36,448 bases of DNA from an uncultured Clostridia bacterium (GCA_946562005.1 CAMNVD010000003.1:1-36448), one strand, 5' to 3'; shown: positions 1 through 9,382, numbered from the stretch's first letter. Notes: generated by a model not told the origin, from the letters alone. Program-made: numbers and translations.

Positions 1-72
1 AAACCGTCAGCTAACAGTGATAAGTGAATTTAGTTCCTTATCACTATAAAGGCAATAGTAAGAAGGATTATA

Positions 73-1110
73 ATGAAACAAGAAATAAAGTTTCCAAACA
101 AGTATAATCAGTGTCCTTCGTTTTGTAAAAAAACAAAATGCGCTTTTGCGGGTAATTGCATATTTGGTTTTAATAGAATATTTGGCGGTGCAAGGGAATT
201 ACGGCTGGATTTTAACCGCTGCAATTTGCAATGCGAGCTATGCTGGTCAAATAACAATGATCTGCATAAAGCTTTTTCTGTAGAATATGTTTTTGAGAAC
301 TTTATGGCATGTATATCTGCAAATCACAAATATATAAGTGAGATTGTAAAACCCCAAAAACCAGATACGTTCAAGCTTCAAAGCCTACAAATAATAGGTG
401 GGGAACCCCTTATAAGTTTTGAAAGGTTTAATTTTATTCTTGAATTACTAAAAAGAATTGACAATTCATTTGCTGAAGATTTCGAATTTTACCGCTCTTG
501 TTTGAAATTTGATTCGAAAGAAAGATTTAAAATCAAGCTGTTCACCAATGGGATCACCATTGGTAATGGGGAAATAAGTATATCTGACATAGACAAATTA
601 GGGCAATTTAAGAATATAAGGCTTGATTTATTAGTATCCATAAAGGGCTTTTATGAAGAGGCTTTCTGTTCTTTGCAAAGTGACGCTTCTTATCGTAGTG
701 ATTATTTTGAACATCAGGTTGTATGTTTGGAAAAATTGGTGAATTCCACTCGGTATAATCTTTATATACAGCCTGTTCTCGGGTTTTATCACAGCAATAT
801 CTTTAATATAAAAGCGCCTCATATAGAAGCAAAAGAAATGTTCGTGTTTAAGGAGACTCCATTATCAGGAAGATTACATAACATTTTAGAGAACTATATA
901 TCTAAAAAAATTAAATTCTTTGTTGAACCTGTCCACGCTTTGGGGAAAACTGCAAAAGACATAGATGCATTTTACCAAAAAAAATGTCTCTATTTGGAAA
1001 AATCAGGTTTAATCGAACCCGAACTCAAAAGCAATTCAAAGACAGACCATCAAAAAACTAAATTAAAATATCTATTTAATTCAAAAAAATCGGATGTTGG
1101 TAAAGCCTAA
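73..1110 (+). CDS. Radical SAM protein (resembles COG5014-type uncharacterised Fe-S oxidoreductases)
   Basis: CxxxCxxC motif (CNLQCELC), GGEP motif, FTNG motif and VSIKG; extra N-terminal Cys cluster; visibly more AT-rich than the rest of the window. Confidence 0.8.
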   Translation: MKQEIKFPNKYNQCPSFCKKTKCAFAGNCIFGFNRIFGGARELRLDFNRCNLQCELCWSNNNDLHKAFSVEYVFENFMACISANHKYISEIVKPQKPDTFKLQSLQIIGGEPLISFERFNFILELLKRIDNSFAEDFEFYRSCLKFDSKERFKIKLFTNGITIGNGEISISDIDKLGQFKNIRLDLLVSIKGFYEEAFCSLQSDASYRSDYFEHQVVCLEKLVNSTRYNLYIQPVLGFYHSNIFNIKAPHIEAKEMFVFKETPLSGRLHNILENYISKKIKFFVEPVHALGKTAKDIDAFYQKKCLYLEKSGLIEPELKSNSKTDHQKTKLKYLFNSKKSDVGKA

Positions 1111-1142
1111 CGGTTTGACCAGCGAAGGCTTGCCTCCACCAT

Positions 1143-1183
1143 AAAAAGCACCTGGTATCTGTTGTGATATCAGGTGCTTTTTC
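1143..1183. terminator. Bidirectional intrinsic terminator between convergent genes
   Basis: AAAAAGCACCTG...CAGGTGCTTTTTT hairpin with A-tract before and T-tract after. Confidence 0.8.
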
Positions 1184-1212
1184 TTTTGTATTATGTGGTG
1201 AGGTACATACTT

Positions 1213-1848
1213 TTATTTGATTCTGCTTTGAAAGGAGACGGCCTTACCTAAAATTTTTATTTGTTCTAATTGCTCATTGGTATAAATCAAAGGAGGATAG
1301 AGTGGATTTTCTGCAATTAGGGAAATCCTGTTTTCTTGGGGGTAGTAATAAACTCGTTTTAATGTGGCCTCATCACCAATAATAACAGCGGCAATTTCCC
1401 CATTCTCTACTGCCTCTTGTTTGCGGATAAACACGATGTCTCCATCATGGATACGGGCGTTAATCATGCTGTCGCCTTTGCATTTGAGACAGAAATCAAT
1501 TTGGAGCCCATCTTCTATTTTAATGTAAGAATCATACTCCTCGGCAGCAAAGATTGGTTCCCCACAGGCAATTTCTCCTAATAAAGGTACCTTTTTTATT
1601 TTTGATAAGGGCATGATATTATCTGCCAAAGAGAACATATAATCGTTTTCATCCCATCCCATGAGATAGGCCGGGGAGCAATGTAGGGCTTTTGCTAGAA
1701 GCAAGACCTTATCCGGGGGGATGTTATTAATCAATCCTGTTTCATATTTATGGATGGTTGCTCTGCCTGTGTTGAGCGCCTGAGCAATATCTTCCTGGGT
1801 TTTTCCTTGCTTGATTCTTTGTTGTCTGATTCTTTCGCCGATAGACAT
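1213..1848 (-). CDS. CI/LexA-like repressor (XRE HTH plus S24 autopeptidase)
   Basis: N-terminal HTH (TQEDIAQALNTGRATIHKYE), IACG cleavage-site region, GDSM catalytic Ser, TLKR catalytic Lys. Confidence 0.92.
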   Translation of the reverse strand: MSIGERIRQQRIKQGKTQEDIAQALNTGRATIHKYETGLINNIPPDKVLLLAKALHCSPAYLMGWDENDYMFSLADNIMPLSKIKKVPLLGEIACGEPIFAAEEYDSYIKIEDGLQIDFCLKCKGDSMINARIHDGDIVFIRKQEAVENGEIAAVIIGDEATLKRVYYYPQENRISLIAENPLYPPLIYTNEQLEQIKILGKAVSFQSRIK

Positions 1849-1883
1849 AATATCCCCTTCTTTCTAGATATAGTATACCATAG

Positions 1884-1968
1884 ATTTCCTAATACGCAAC
1901 ATAAAGTTTTGTGTTGTATCTTGACTAGAAACATTGTTTAGCGGTATAATTGTATCGTAGTAGGAAAC
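1884..1968. promoter_or_regulatory. Rightward sigmaA promoter with three putative repressor operators
   Basis: TTGACT(1921)-18bp-TATAAT(1945); 17-bp motif GTATC-N7-GAAAC at 1916-1932 and 1952-1968, degenerate reverse copy at 1884-1900. Confidence 0.7.
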
Positions 1969-2047
1969 ACAGAGATTGGTCTTGTTTTCTCAAAACGGTG
2001 TGTTGAGAAGAAACCCAGAAAATGAGGAAAAGCAGAGAGGTGAAAGC

Positions 2048-2437
2048 ATGAACAAAGAAACATTGCAGCAGTATATCTATTTAGAAAATAAAATCAACGC
2101 TTTGCAGGAGCAAAAAGAAATGATGCAAAAGACGTTCCTGAGTGTAAAACAGCCTGACGGTATGCCCCATGGTAGTGGCATCAGTGATATGGTGGGAAAG
2201 ACCGTTTGTAAAATAGATGCGTTAGAACAGAAAATCAATGAAAAGATTGATGAACTACTGGTTTTGAAAAGTGAGATACAGTTGTTTGTTATGGAGTTGC
2301 CTTCCCCTTACTATGAAATCATGTGGAAGCGTTATATTGAGGGAAAAAGTTGTAAGGTGGTGGCAAATGAAATGGGTTATAGTGAGAGATGGTTTTATGA
2401 AAAACAAAGCGAAATCATGCGGAAGATTGCAGTCTAG
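2048..2437 (+). CDS. ArpU/RinA-like late-gene transcriptional activator
   Basis: Coiled-coil N-terminus and C-terminal sigma-region-4-like HTH (RYIEGKSCKVVANEMGYSERW); lies just before the tail operon; ATG 2048 follows a GAGGTG RBS. Confidence 0.8.
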   Translation: MNKETLQQYIYLENKINALQEQKEMMQKTFLSVKQPDGMPHGSGISDMVGKTVCKIDALEQKINEKIDELLVLKSEIQLFVMELPSPYYEIMWKRYIEGKSCKVVANEMGYSERWFYEKQSEIMRKIAV

Positions 2438-2445
2438 CTGGTGTT

Positions 2446-2519
2446 TGCAGTTCCTTTCAGTATGTTACATCCGGTTGCAGAAGAAATCAGTTTTATGTTG
2501 TTGGTAAGTGTGGTATTCT
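2446..2519 (+). promoter_or_regulatory. Putative activator-dependent late promoter
   Basis: TGCAG-N6-TCAGT direct repeats at 2446 and 2476, then extended -10-like TGTGGTATTCT with no consensus -35. Confidence 0.45.
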
Positions 2520-2545
2520 TAAGATGCAGGAAAGGACGAGAACCG

Positions 2546-2577
2546 AAACCTACAAGAAAATTCTTGTGGGTTTTTTT
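2546..2577 (+). terminator. Terminator-like hairpin upstream of the tail operon
   Basis: AAACCTACAAGAA-AA-TTCTTGTGGGTTT followed by a T-tract. Confidence 0.55.
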
Positions 2578-2660
2578 ATGTTCTTGCTGCCGATTATTTG
2601 CATATGCAACGGGAAAAATCAGTCTGGACTATTGAGAGGAGTTGATAAACAATCAATGAA

Positions 2661-3107
2661 ATGATGGAACAAATTTGCAAAGGGATGCAGGATGCTATCC
2701 ATGAGGCATTTGGCGTTGGGTACCCTATTTATACAGAGGACTTAGAACAAGGTTTTTTGAAACCTTGTTTTTTTATTTCCTTGGTTCGGGGTAGTCGTAA
2801 GCCGCTTCCGGGCAAACGTTATTACTGTGAAAATCAGTTTTTAGTTCGGTATTTTACGGAAAAGGAGCAGGTAGAAACGGCGGAGGTTTTGCGGGTGTGC
2901 CAGTCTCTGTGTGATTGTCTTGCCTTGGTTTCTGTGGATGACGGTTGGGTACGAGGTAGCAATATGCAGTATGAAATGGCAGATGGCGTATTACGGTTTC
3001 TGCTGAATTATAACGTAACCATGTTGCAGCTAGAGGAAGAGGTCCCTATGGAAGCGATGACGGCAGGCATAAAAACAGTGGGAAATACAGAAAGGATGAG
3101 TCGGTAA
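2661..3107 (+). CDS. Tail terminator/completion-like protein
   Basis: IYTEDLEQGFLKPCFFI motif typical of clostridial myophage tail-completion proteins; sits before the sheath gene. Confidence 0.7.
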   Translation: MMEQICKGMQDAIHEAFGVGYPIYTEDLEQGFLKPCFFISLVRGSRKPLPGKRYYCENQFLVRYFTEKEQVETAEVLRVCQSLCDCLALVSVDDGWVRGSNMQYEMADGVLRFLLNYNVTMLQLEEEVPMEAMTAGIKTVGNTERMSR

Positions 3108-3172
3108 TGAAAAAAAATAAGGATATGATGAAAGAATCCATGAAGGAATTTATGAAAGGTAGGGTGATGTAA
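3107..3172 (+). pseudogene. 21-aa relic of the small conserved pre-sheath ORF
   Basis: MKKNKDMMKESMKEFMKGRVM; overlaps the upstream stop and abuts the sheath start; C-terminus resembles the 'FMKGKVK' end I recall from related phage ORFs. Confidence 0.35.
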
Positions 3173-3173
3173 T

Positions 3174-4490
3174 ATGGCATTAGGCGGCGGTATATTTACA
3201 ACACAAAACAAAGTATTACCAGGGGCATATTTGAACTTTATCAGTGTAGCAAATGCAAGCGCATCTCTTTCTGACCGGGGTATCGCAACAATGCCTTTGG
3301 CAATGGACTGGGCGCCGGAACAAACCGTATTTACAGTGACTGCGGCAGAATTTTTGAAAGATAGCCGGAAGATTTTCGGTTATGACTATACAGCGGAGCA
3401 AGTAAAACCAATGCGGGAAATCTTCCAGCACGCAAGAACAGTCCACTTTTTCCGGTTAAATGGAGCTGGGAAGAGGGCGGAAAACACTTTAGCTGTAGCA
3501 AAATATCCGGGCATTAGAGGGAATGATTTGCGCATTGTAGTAGCGGAAAATGAGAACAGTACAGAAGATATGCCTCTTTATGATGTAACTACTTATTTTG
3601 ATACTGTTAAGGTGGATGAGCAGCTTGGCGTTCGGCAAATTTCTGATTTAGCGAATAACGACTATGTGGACTGGAAAAGCACCAGTACATTAGCTCTTTC
3701 TGCTGGGACGCCTCTTACGGGCGGAGAAAACGGCGCTGTAGAAAATAGCGCTTATCAAAGTTATCTAGACCAGGTAGAGGGGTATACCTTCCATGCAATG
3801 GGTTGTTCTTCTTCTGAGGAGACGATTATGCGGTTATTTGCCGCCTTTACCAAACAAATGCGGACGGATGTTGGTAAAAAGTTCCAATGTGTTGTTGCTG
3901 GTTATTTGGCGGATGATGAAGGCGTTGTCAGTGTGAAAAACAAAACAGTAGGTGCGGAAGACGGGATGGCTTTGATTCCTTGGGTGACTGGTGTGATGGC
4001 TGGCATGGCGGTAAATCAATCGGCGACCAATATGACCTATGACGGCGAATGTGAGATTGCTGTCGGTTATAGTCAAAAAGAATTGGAAGATTGCATTAAA
4101 GAGGGATCTCTTGTTTTTCATCAGGTAGATGGGACGCCTAGAATTTTGCGGGACATCAATACCTTGGTTACCTTTACGGAAGAAAAATCAAAAGATTTTG
4201 CAGCCAATCAAACCATTCGAGTGTTAGACCAAGTTGCCAATGATATTGCGCTGCTCTTTAGTCAAAAATACATTGGTAAGATTGCCAACGATGGAGCAGG
4301 GCGTATCTCTCTCTGGAATGATATTGTGAAACACCATCAAGAATTGGAAAGAATCGGTGCCATCGAAGACTTTGACCCAGAGCAGGTAGTAGTAGAGAAA
4401 GGCGATAGTAAGCAGGCGGTCGTAGTAACAGACTGCATTATGCCGGTGAACGCCATGGAACAACTATACATGACCATTTATGTGGCCTAG
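3174..4490 (+). CDS. xkdK: Contractile tail sheath protein (XkdK-like)
   Basis: MALGGGIFTTQNKVLPGAYLNF N-terminus, AKYPGIRGN, C-terminal PVNAMEQLYMTI; 438 aa. Confidence 0.95.
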   Translation: MALGGGIFTTQNKVLPGAYLNFISVANASASLSDRGIATMPLAMDWAPEQTVFTVTAAEFLKDSRKIFGYDYTAEQVKPMREIFQHARTVHFFRLNGAGKRAENTLAVAKYPGIRGNDLRIVVAENENSTEDMPLYDVTTYFDTVKVDEQLGVRQISDLANNDYVDWKSTSTLALSAGTPLTGGENGAVENSAYQSYLDQVEGYTFHAMGCSSSEETIMRLFAAFTKQMRTDVGKKFQCVVAGYLADDEGVVSVKNKTVGAEDGMALIPWVTGVMAGMAVNQSATNMTYDGECEIAVGYSQKELEDCIKEGSLVFHQVDGTPRILRDINTLVTFTEEKSKDFAANQTIRVLDQVANDIALLFSQKYIGKIANDGAGRISLWNDIVKHHQELERIGAIEDFDPEQVVVEKGDSKQAVVVTDCIMPVNAMEQLYMTIYVA

Positions 4491-4505
4491 AAAGGAGATA
4501 TTTTT

Positions 4506-4970
4506 ATGACAGTGATGAATGCAAAAGACGCTATCTCTGCATCCTTAGCAGAGTGCTTCGTAACCATTGAAGGAAACCGCTATAACTTTATGCAGGCCAT
4601 TAACCTGGAGGCCAGTGTGGAAAAGACAAAAACAGAGGTGCCAATCTTAGGGAAAACCGGGAAAGGTAATAAAGCTACCGGGTGGAAAGGCACAGGCTCT
4701 GCTACCTTCCACTATAACACCAGTATTTTCCGGGAGTTACTCTTGCGGTACAAAAACACCGGAGAAGATATTTATTTCGATATTCAGATTAGCAATGAAG
4801 ACCCAACCTCTTCTGTGGGGCGTCAAACGGTAGTCCTCAAAGACTGTAACATCGACGGCGGCATCCTTGCTAAGTTTGATGCTGATGCGGAATATTTGGA
4901 TGAAGAGATGAACTTTACCTTTGAAGACTTTGAAATCCCGGAAAAATTCCGTACTTTAGCCGGCATGTAA
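4506..4970 (+). CDS. xkdM: Tail tube protein (XkdM-like)
   Basis: Follows the sheath; GWKGTGSATFHY, NEDPTSSVGRQTVVLKDC and FTFEDF motifs. Confidence 0.95.
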   Translation: MTVMNAKDAISASLAECFVTIEGNRYNFMQAINLEASVEKTKTEVPILGKTGKGNKATGWKGTGSATFHYNTSIFRELLLRYKNTGEDIYFDIQISNEDPTSSVGRQTVVLKDCNIDGGILAKFDADAEYLDEEMNFTFEDFEIPEKFRTLAGM

Positions 4971-4986
4971 CAAAAAAGAACTGAAA

Positions 4987-5147
4987 AAGATTTTTCGCTG
5001 TGCTCAGAATGACAGGAATCCGCCACTTAGTACGAGGGCAAACCTTACTGCCCCTTTGGTAAAGTGTAATTGTCGGAAGTAGACGGTAATGCTTTGTACT
5101 ATGTGGCATAGTCTGTCATTCTGAGGAGTGAAACGACGAAGAATCTT
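4987..5147. repeat. REP-like inverted pair forming a ~160-nt branched stem-loop
   Basis: CTCAGAATGACAG (5003-5015) pairs with CTGTCATTCTGAG (5113-5125); GCCAC/TAGTAC pairs with GTACTA/GTGGC; two apical hairpins. Confidence 0.7.
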
Positions 5148-5188
5148 GAAAAGGATGGGAGAATTTTGAAAAATAGGAGGAATCACAT

Positions 5189-5614
5189 ATGAGTTTATCT
5201 GCGTTTTTAGCAGAAAATGCTATTGCAGTGGAAAATATCAAATTTGCTGCGTCGAATCGTTTTTTAGATGAGGAAGGGAAACCGATGCGCTGGGAAATGA
5301 AAACCATTACCAGCACAGAAGATGAAACCTTGAGAAAATCCTGCGCCAAACAAGTAGCAGTTCCTGGACGGAAAAACCAATATCAACGGGAAACCGACTA
5401 TGATATGTACCTGGGAAAACTGGCTGTTGCCTGCACCGTGTACCCAAACCTCAACGACAAGGGGTTACAGGATAGCTACCATGTGATGGGAGCAGAAGCG
5501 CTCCTTAAAACTATGCTAACACCTGGGGAGTATGCGGGCTACATTGGTAAGGTTCAGGAGATTTGTGGCTTTGATGTAACCTTCCAAGATGAGGTAGCAG
5601 AAGCAAAAAACTAA
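5189..5614 (+). CDS. xkdN: Tail assembly chaperone (XkdN-like, gpG equivalent)
   Basis: Between tube and TMP; TVYPNLNDKGLQDSY and LTPGEY motifs; ends EAKN. Confidence 0.9.
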   Translation: MSLSAFLAENAIAVENIKFAASNRFLDEEGKPMRWEMKTITSTEDETLRKSCAKQVAVPGRKNQYQRETDYDMYLGKLAVACTVYPNLNDKGLQDSYHVMGAEALLKTMLTPGEYAGYIGKVQEICGFDVTFQDEVAEAKN

Positions 5615-5799
5615 TCAAAGAAGGCGATAGTGAGGCCAGTGTGGCTTACTATTGCCTTCATGAATTACACCTGCTACCCTCTAAATTTTTACTGCTAGAC
5701 AGACGAGAGCGAGCCTTTATTGTGGCGGCTATCGAACATCGTATTGAGCAGGAAAAGAAAAAAGAAAAGGGGATGAGAAGAAAACCCCATTTGAAATAA
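5605..5799 (+). CDS. -1 frameshift extension of the tail chaperone (gpGT equivalent)
   Basis: Slippery A_AAA_AAC at 5605-5611 just before TAA; -1 frame reads LIKEGDSEASVAYYCLHELHLLPSKFLLLDRRERAFIVAAIEHRIEQEKK... to TAA 5799. Confidence 0.8.
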   Translation, partial: KKLIKEGDSEASVAYYCLHELHLLPSKFLLLDRRERAFIVAAIEHRIEQEKKKEKGMRRKPHLK

Positions 5800-5818
5800 A
5801 GAAAGGAGGCGAGCGCAT

Positions 5819-7372
5819 ATCGCAAGTGCAAGACAATCTATTTCAATGTTTAACGGACAGTCTGCTGTCTGGAATGTTAATAGTATAAAGAATACGTTAA
5901 AGGATGCGGTAAAACCTGAAAAGATAATGACGCTTTCTGACCAATTAGCGAACAGCAGGGCGAGATTGGACGCAGTAACTATGACTTTTGATGACGGCGG
6001 CAGCATTGCAGAAATAGAGAAAAGGGTAATGGCTTCTGCTCAGCGGTCAAGAATTGCTTATTTTGACGCTGTAGATAGCGTTACAAATTTAGCCTTGAAT
6101 GCACATGGTATTTTTGGTAGCTTTGAGGAAGCCATTGGTTTTCAAGAGTTAATCAATAAAGAATTTGGCTTGGGAAGCGCAAGTATCCAACAACAAAAGA
6201 CTGTAATGGAGCAATTAACTGAGGCAATGTCAGGAGGGGGGCTGACGGCTAAGAATATCGCAGATATTTGGGAGACGGCTCCTGATATGGTGCAAAACAT
6301 CGCAGACTATATGAATGTACCGGTTGAACGAGTGCAAGGTCTTGCGGCAGAGGGCCGAGTCACTGCCCAAGTGGTGAAAAATGCCATGTTTGCCGCTAGT
6401 GATGAGATAGAAAGCAAATTTAACAATATGTCCATGACCTGGGGACAAGTATGGACAAATATGAAGAATATAATGATTGCAACATTTAATCCTATTTTGG
6501 AAGGTATTAACGCTATTGCAAATAGTCCGATTATAGAATATCTTGCTGAGAGCATAGCCCGTGAGGGACGAGCGATTGTTAATGCCTGGGGATTGATAGA
6601 ACCAATTATTATTGGAGTTGCTGGGGCATGGTTAATTTATACAGCAGCAACAAAAGCGGCTGCAATAGCGCAGTGGGCGTTAAACTCCGCCTTTCTTTCA
6701 AACCCCCTGACTTGGGTTTTGGTAGTGATTATCGCTATTATTGCGGCTCTTACAAAATGGGTGCAAAAAATGGGCGGCTTGCGTATTGCCTGGGCTACTG
6801 TAATGACAGGAATTGTTGATTTTGCCGGATTTGCAAAAACTCAATTTCTATTAACACTGGAATCCATGGTAAATAAAGGGATCGATATTATCAACGCTCT
6901 GATTAACACATTAAACAAAACCGGTCTTGTTAGTTTTGATACTATTTCACATGTTATATTTGGCACAAACGTGGCAATAAAAGAAAATTTTAAGAGAATG
7001 GAACGGGGATTTGAGTTAGAAATACTAAAGCTTGAGGTTGCAAAAGGAAAAGAAAACCAAAAGGAAAAAGGCTTTAATTATGATGATTTTGGTCTTGACC
7101 TGGATAGCCTTTATAGTCCCAGCGTCCAAACAGCAGAAAACACTGCTGTCATGGCTGATGCTATGAGTATATCTGAGGAGGACTTGGCTTATATGCGGGA
7201 TATTGCAGAGCGAGAAGCCATCAATCGTTTTACCACGGCGGAAGTGAAAATCGACATGACCGGCATGACCAATCGGATTGACTCTAATATGGATTTAGAC
7301 GGTGTGCTGACGACTCTCACAGACGGCTTTGCTGAAGCCTTAGAAGTGGCGGCAGAGGGGGTGCATATGTAA
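5819..7372 (+). CDS. Tape measure protein (short, ~508-517 aa)
   Basis: Tape-measure core (SAQRSRIAY...QLTEAM...AAEGRVTAQVVKNAMF), hydrophobic segments, C-terminal RDIAEREAINRFTTAE; AGGAGG RBS points to in-frame ATC at 5819, first ATG is 5846. Confidence 0.9.
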   Translation: MASARQSISMFNGQSAVWNVNSIKNTLKDAVKPEKIMTLSDQLANSRARLDAVTMTFDDGGSIAEIEKRVMASAQRSRIAYFDAVDSVTNLALNAHGIFGSFEEAIGFQELINKEFGLGSASIQQQKTVMEQLTEAMSGGGLTAKNIADIWETAPDMVQNIADYMNVPVERVQGLAAEGRVTAQVVKNAMFAASDEIESKFNNMSMTWGQVWTNMKNIMIATFNPILEGINAIANSPIIEYLAESIAREGRAIVNAWGLIEPIIIGVAGAWLIYTAATKAAAIAQWALNSAFLSNPLTWVLVVIIAIIAALTKWVQKMGGLRIAWATVMTGIVDFAGFAKTQFLLTLESMVNKGIDIINALINTLNKTGLVSFDTISHVIFGTNVAIKENFKRMERGFELEILKLEVAKGKENQKEKGFNYDDFGLDLDSLYSPSVQTAENTAVMADAMSISEEDLAYMRDIAEREAINRFTTAEVKIDMTGMTNRIDSNMDLDGVLTTLTDGFAEALEVAAEGVHM

Positions 7373-8035
7373 ATGTATCGTTTTCAATTTGGCAGATTAG
7401 TCTTGCCGGTAACGCCGTCTAAGCTGACGGTGAAAATCAAAGGAAATAATAAGACCTTATCACTGGTAAACGAGAGGGAAATGAGTATTTTGAGAGCGCC
7501 GGGGCTAACGGAAATCACCTTTGATGCGGTCCTTCCTATGCTGGGGCGTTATCCTTTTTCCGCAGTGTCTTATCGATGCCCGGATTATTATTTGAATGCC
7601 TTTGAAAAACTAATGCTGGCCAAAAAGCCTTTTCAGTTTTCTGTCATTCGGAAGGCTCCAGATGGTAAGGAGCTCTTTGATACTGATATGAAGGTAAGTC
7701 TGGAGAGCTATACCATTACCGAAGACGCAAATCAGGGTTTAGACCTGACGGTATCCATCACGCTAAAGCAATACATAGAATATACAACTAAAACAAAATC
7801 AGTTATTCAGCCAAATGAAGAGAGTGAGCCGACTATCATTGAGGAAAACATCCGAGATGCAAGCTCTGCGCCAAAGGAGAAAACTTATATGGTGAAACCT
7901 GGTGATTGTCTTTGGACCATTGCGAAAAAGTATTATAACGATGGAGCGCAGTACAAAGAAATTTATGAGGCCAATAAGGATAAGCTGAAAAGCCCAAATC
8001 TGATTTATCCTGGACAGGAGTTGATATTGCCATGA
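7373..8035 (+). CDS. xkdP: LysM-domain tail/baseplate protein (XkdP-like)
   Basis: LPVTPSKL N-terminus; C-terminal LysM (YMVKPGDCLWTIAKKYY...PNLIYPGQELILP). Confidence 0.9.
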   Translation: MYRFQFGRLVLPVTPSKLTVKIKGNNKTLSLVNEREMSILRAPGLTEITFDAVLPMLGRYPFSAVSYRCPDYYLNAFEKLMLAKKPFQFSVIRKAPDGKELFDTDMKVSLESYTITEDANQGLDLTVSITLKQYIEYTTKTKSVIQPNEESEPTIIEENIRDASSAPKEKTYMVKPGDCLWTIAKKYYNDGAQYKEIYEANKDKLKSPNLIYPGQELILP

Positions 8036-8997
8036 AGGTAGATTTAATCATCACTCACGGTAGTACGCTGTATTATCCTATTGTAGAAGAGGATATCAGT
8101 GTGGAGTGGGACAGAAAAGGTGTGCCTGGTAAATTAAAATTCAAAGTAGTAAAAGACGATGTGCTTTCCTTCCAAGAAGGAGATGCCGTAAAGCTATCTG
8201 TAGACGGGATAGATTTATTTTACGGCTTTGTTTTTACCAAAAGCAAATCAGGGAAGTCGCCCTATCTTATCGAGGTGACGGCTTATGACCAGCTGCGGTA
8301 TTTCAAAAATAAAGATACCTATCATTACACCAACAAAAAGGCCAGTGAGGTGGTGCAGATGATAGCCGAGGATTTTCGCCTGAGCGTTGGAGAGCTGGAC
8401 GATACAGGGTATGTGATTCCTTTTCGTTCTGAGCCGGATAAGACGCTCTTTGATGTTGTGGGAAATGCTTTGGATGAAACAGTACAGGCCACAACAAAGC
8501 TCTATGTGCTTTATGACGATGTAGGCAAGCTAACGCTAAAAAACATTGAAAATATGAAGCTGAACCTCATACTGGACGCTGATACCATTGGCAACTATTC
8601 CTACGCTAGCACCATCGACAGCATGACCTACAACCAAATCAAAATCACCTTTGAGAACCAGGATACTGGGGCCCATGAAATCTTTATCGCCAAGGACAGC
8701 TCCAATATTAACCGTTGGGGGTTGCTCCAATACACGGATAATGTGAAAAATGCTGTAAATGGTGCGACTAAAGCAGAGGCGCTATTAAAACTTTATAATA
8801 CCAAAACCCGCACGCTATCCATTTCTGATGCGTTAGGTGACAAACGGGTGCGGGCAGGGTCCTCTGTCATCGTAAAGCTAGATCTTGGCGATATTAACAT
8901 TCAAAGTTATTTATTAGTGGAAAAGGTAACTCATAAATTCAAACAGGAACAACATCTGATGGATTTAAGATTGCGAGGTGGTACATTTGTCAGCTGA
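8032..8997 (+). CDS. xkdQ: Baseplate hub protein (XkdQ/YqbQ-like)
   Basis: TAYDQLRYFKNKDTY motif, synteny, 321 aa. Confidence 0.85.
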   Translation: MKVDLIITHGSTLYYPIVEEDISVEWDRKGVPGKLKFKVVKDDVLSFQEGDAVKLSVDGIDLFYGFVFTKSKSGKSPYLIEVTAYDQLRYFKNKDTYHYTNKKASEVVQMIAEDFRLSVGELDDTGYVIPFRSEPDKTLFDVVGNALDETVQATTKLYVLYDDVGKLTLKNIENMKLNLILDADTIGNYSYASTIDSMTYNQIKITFENQDTGAHEIFIAKDSSNINRWGLLQYTDNVKNAVNGATKAEALLKLYNTKTRTLSISDALGDKRVRAGSSVIVKLDLGDINIQSYLLVEKVTHKFKQEQHLMDLRLRGGTFVS

Positions 8998-9382
8998 TAT
9001 TAACGCTTTTCTTGGTAACGTGAAGCGTGCGGCAGTAGAAGCAGTTGCTGCTGGAAGCCCAATGTCTTTTCTTCTCGGTAAGGTAACCAGCGTTTCACCT
9101 CTCAAAGTTCAGATAGACCAAAAGCTGGAGCTCATAGAAGCCCAGCTTATCCTTACCAATGCGGTGCGGGATTACACCGTCAATATGACGGTAAACCATG
9201 AAACAGAAGCGGCCGCTGGCGGCAGTGGTGATGCAGCCTTTGCTAGCCATAAACATAGCTACACAGGAAAGAAGGCCTATACCGTTCATCTAGGACTAAA
9301 GCCTGGTGAGCAAGTGTTGCTCTTAAGGACAGATGGCGGACAGAAATTCATTATTTTAGATAGATTGGAGGCGCTAGCATGA
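8978..9382 (+). CDS. Baseplate spike-like protein (XkdR/DUF2577-like)
   Basis: GKVTSVSPLKVQIDQKL, HKHSY, GLKPGEQVLLLR and GGQKFIILDR motifs. Confidence 0.8.
   Translation: MVHLSADINAFLGNVKRAAVEAVAAGSPMSFLLGKVTSVSPLKVQIDQKLELIEAQLILTNAVRDYTVNMTVNHETEAAAGGSGDAAFASHKHSYTGKKAYTVHLGLKPGEQVLLLRTDGGQKFIILDRLEALA

Noticed and set aside
5036-5060. GGCAAACC suggesting a c-di-GMP-I riboswitch
   Set aside because: The GAAA tetraloop stem and GCAAAG second-stem signature are missing
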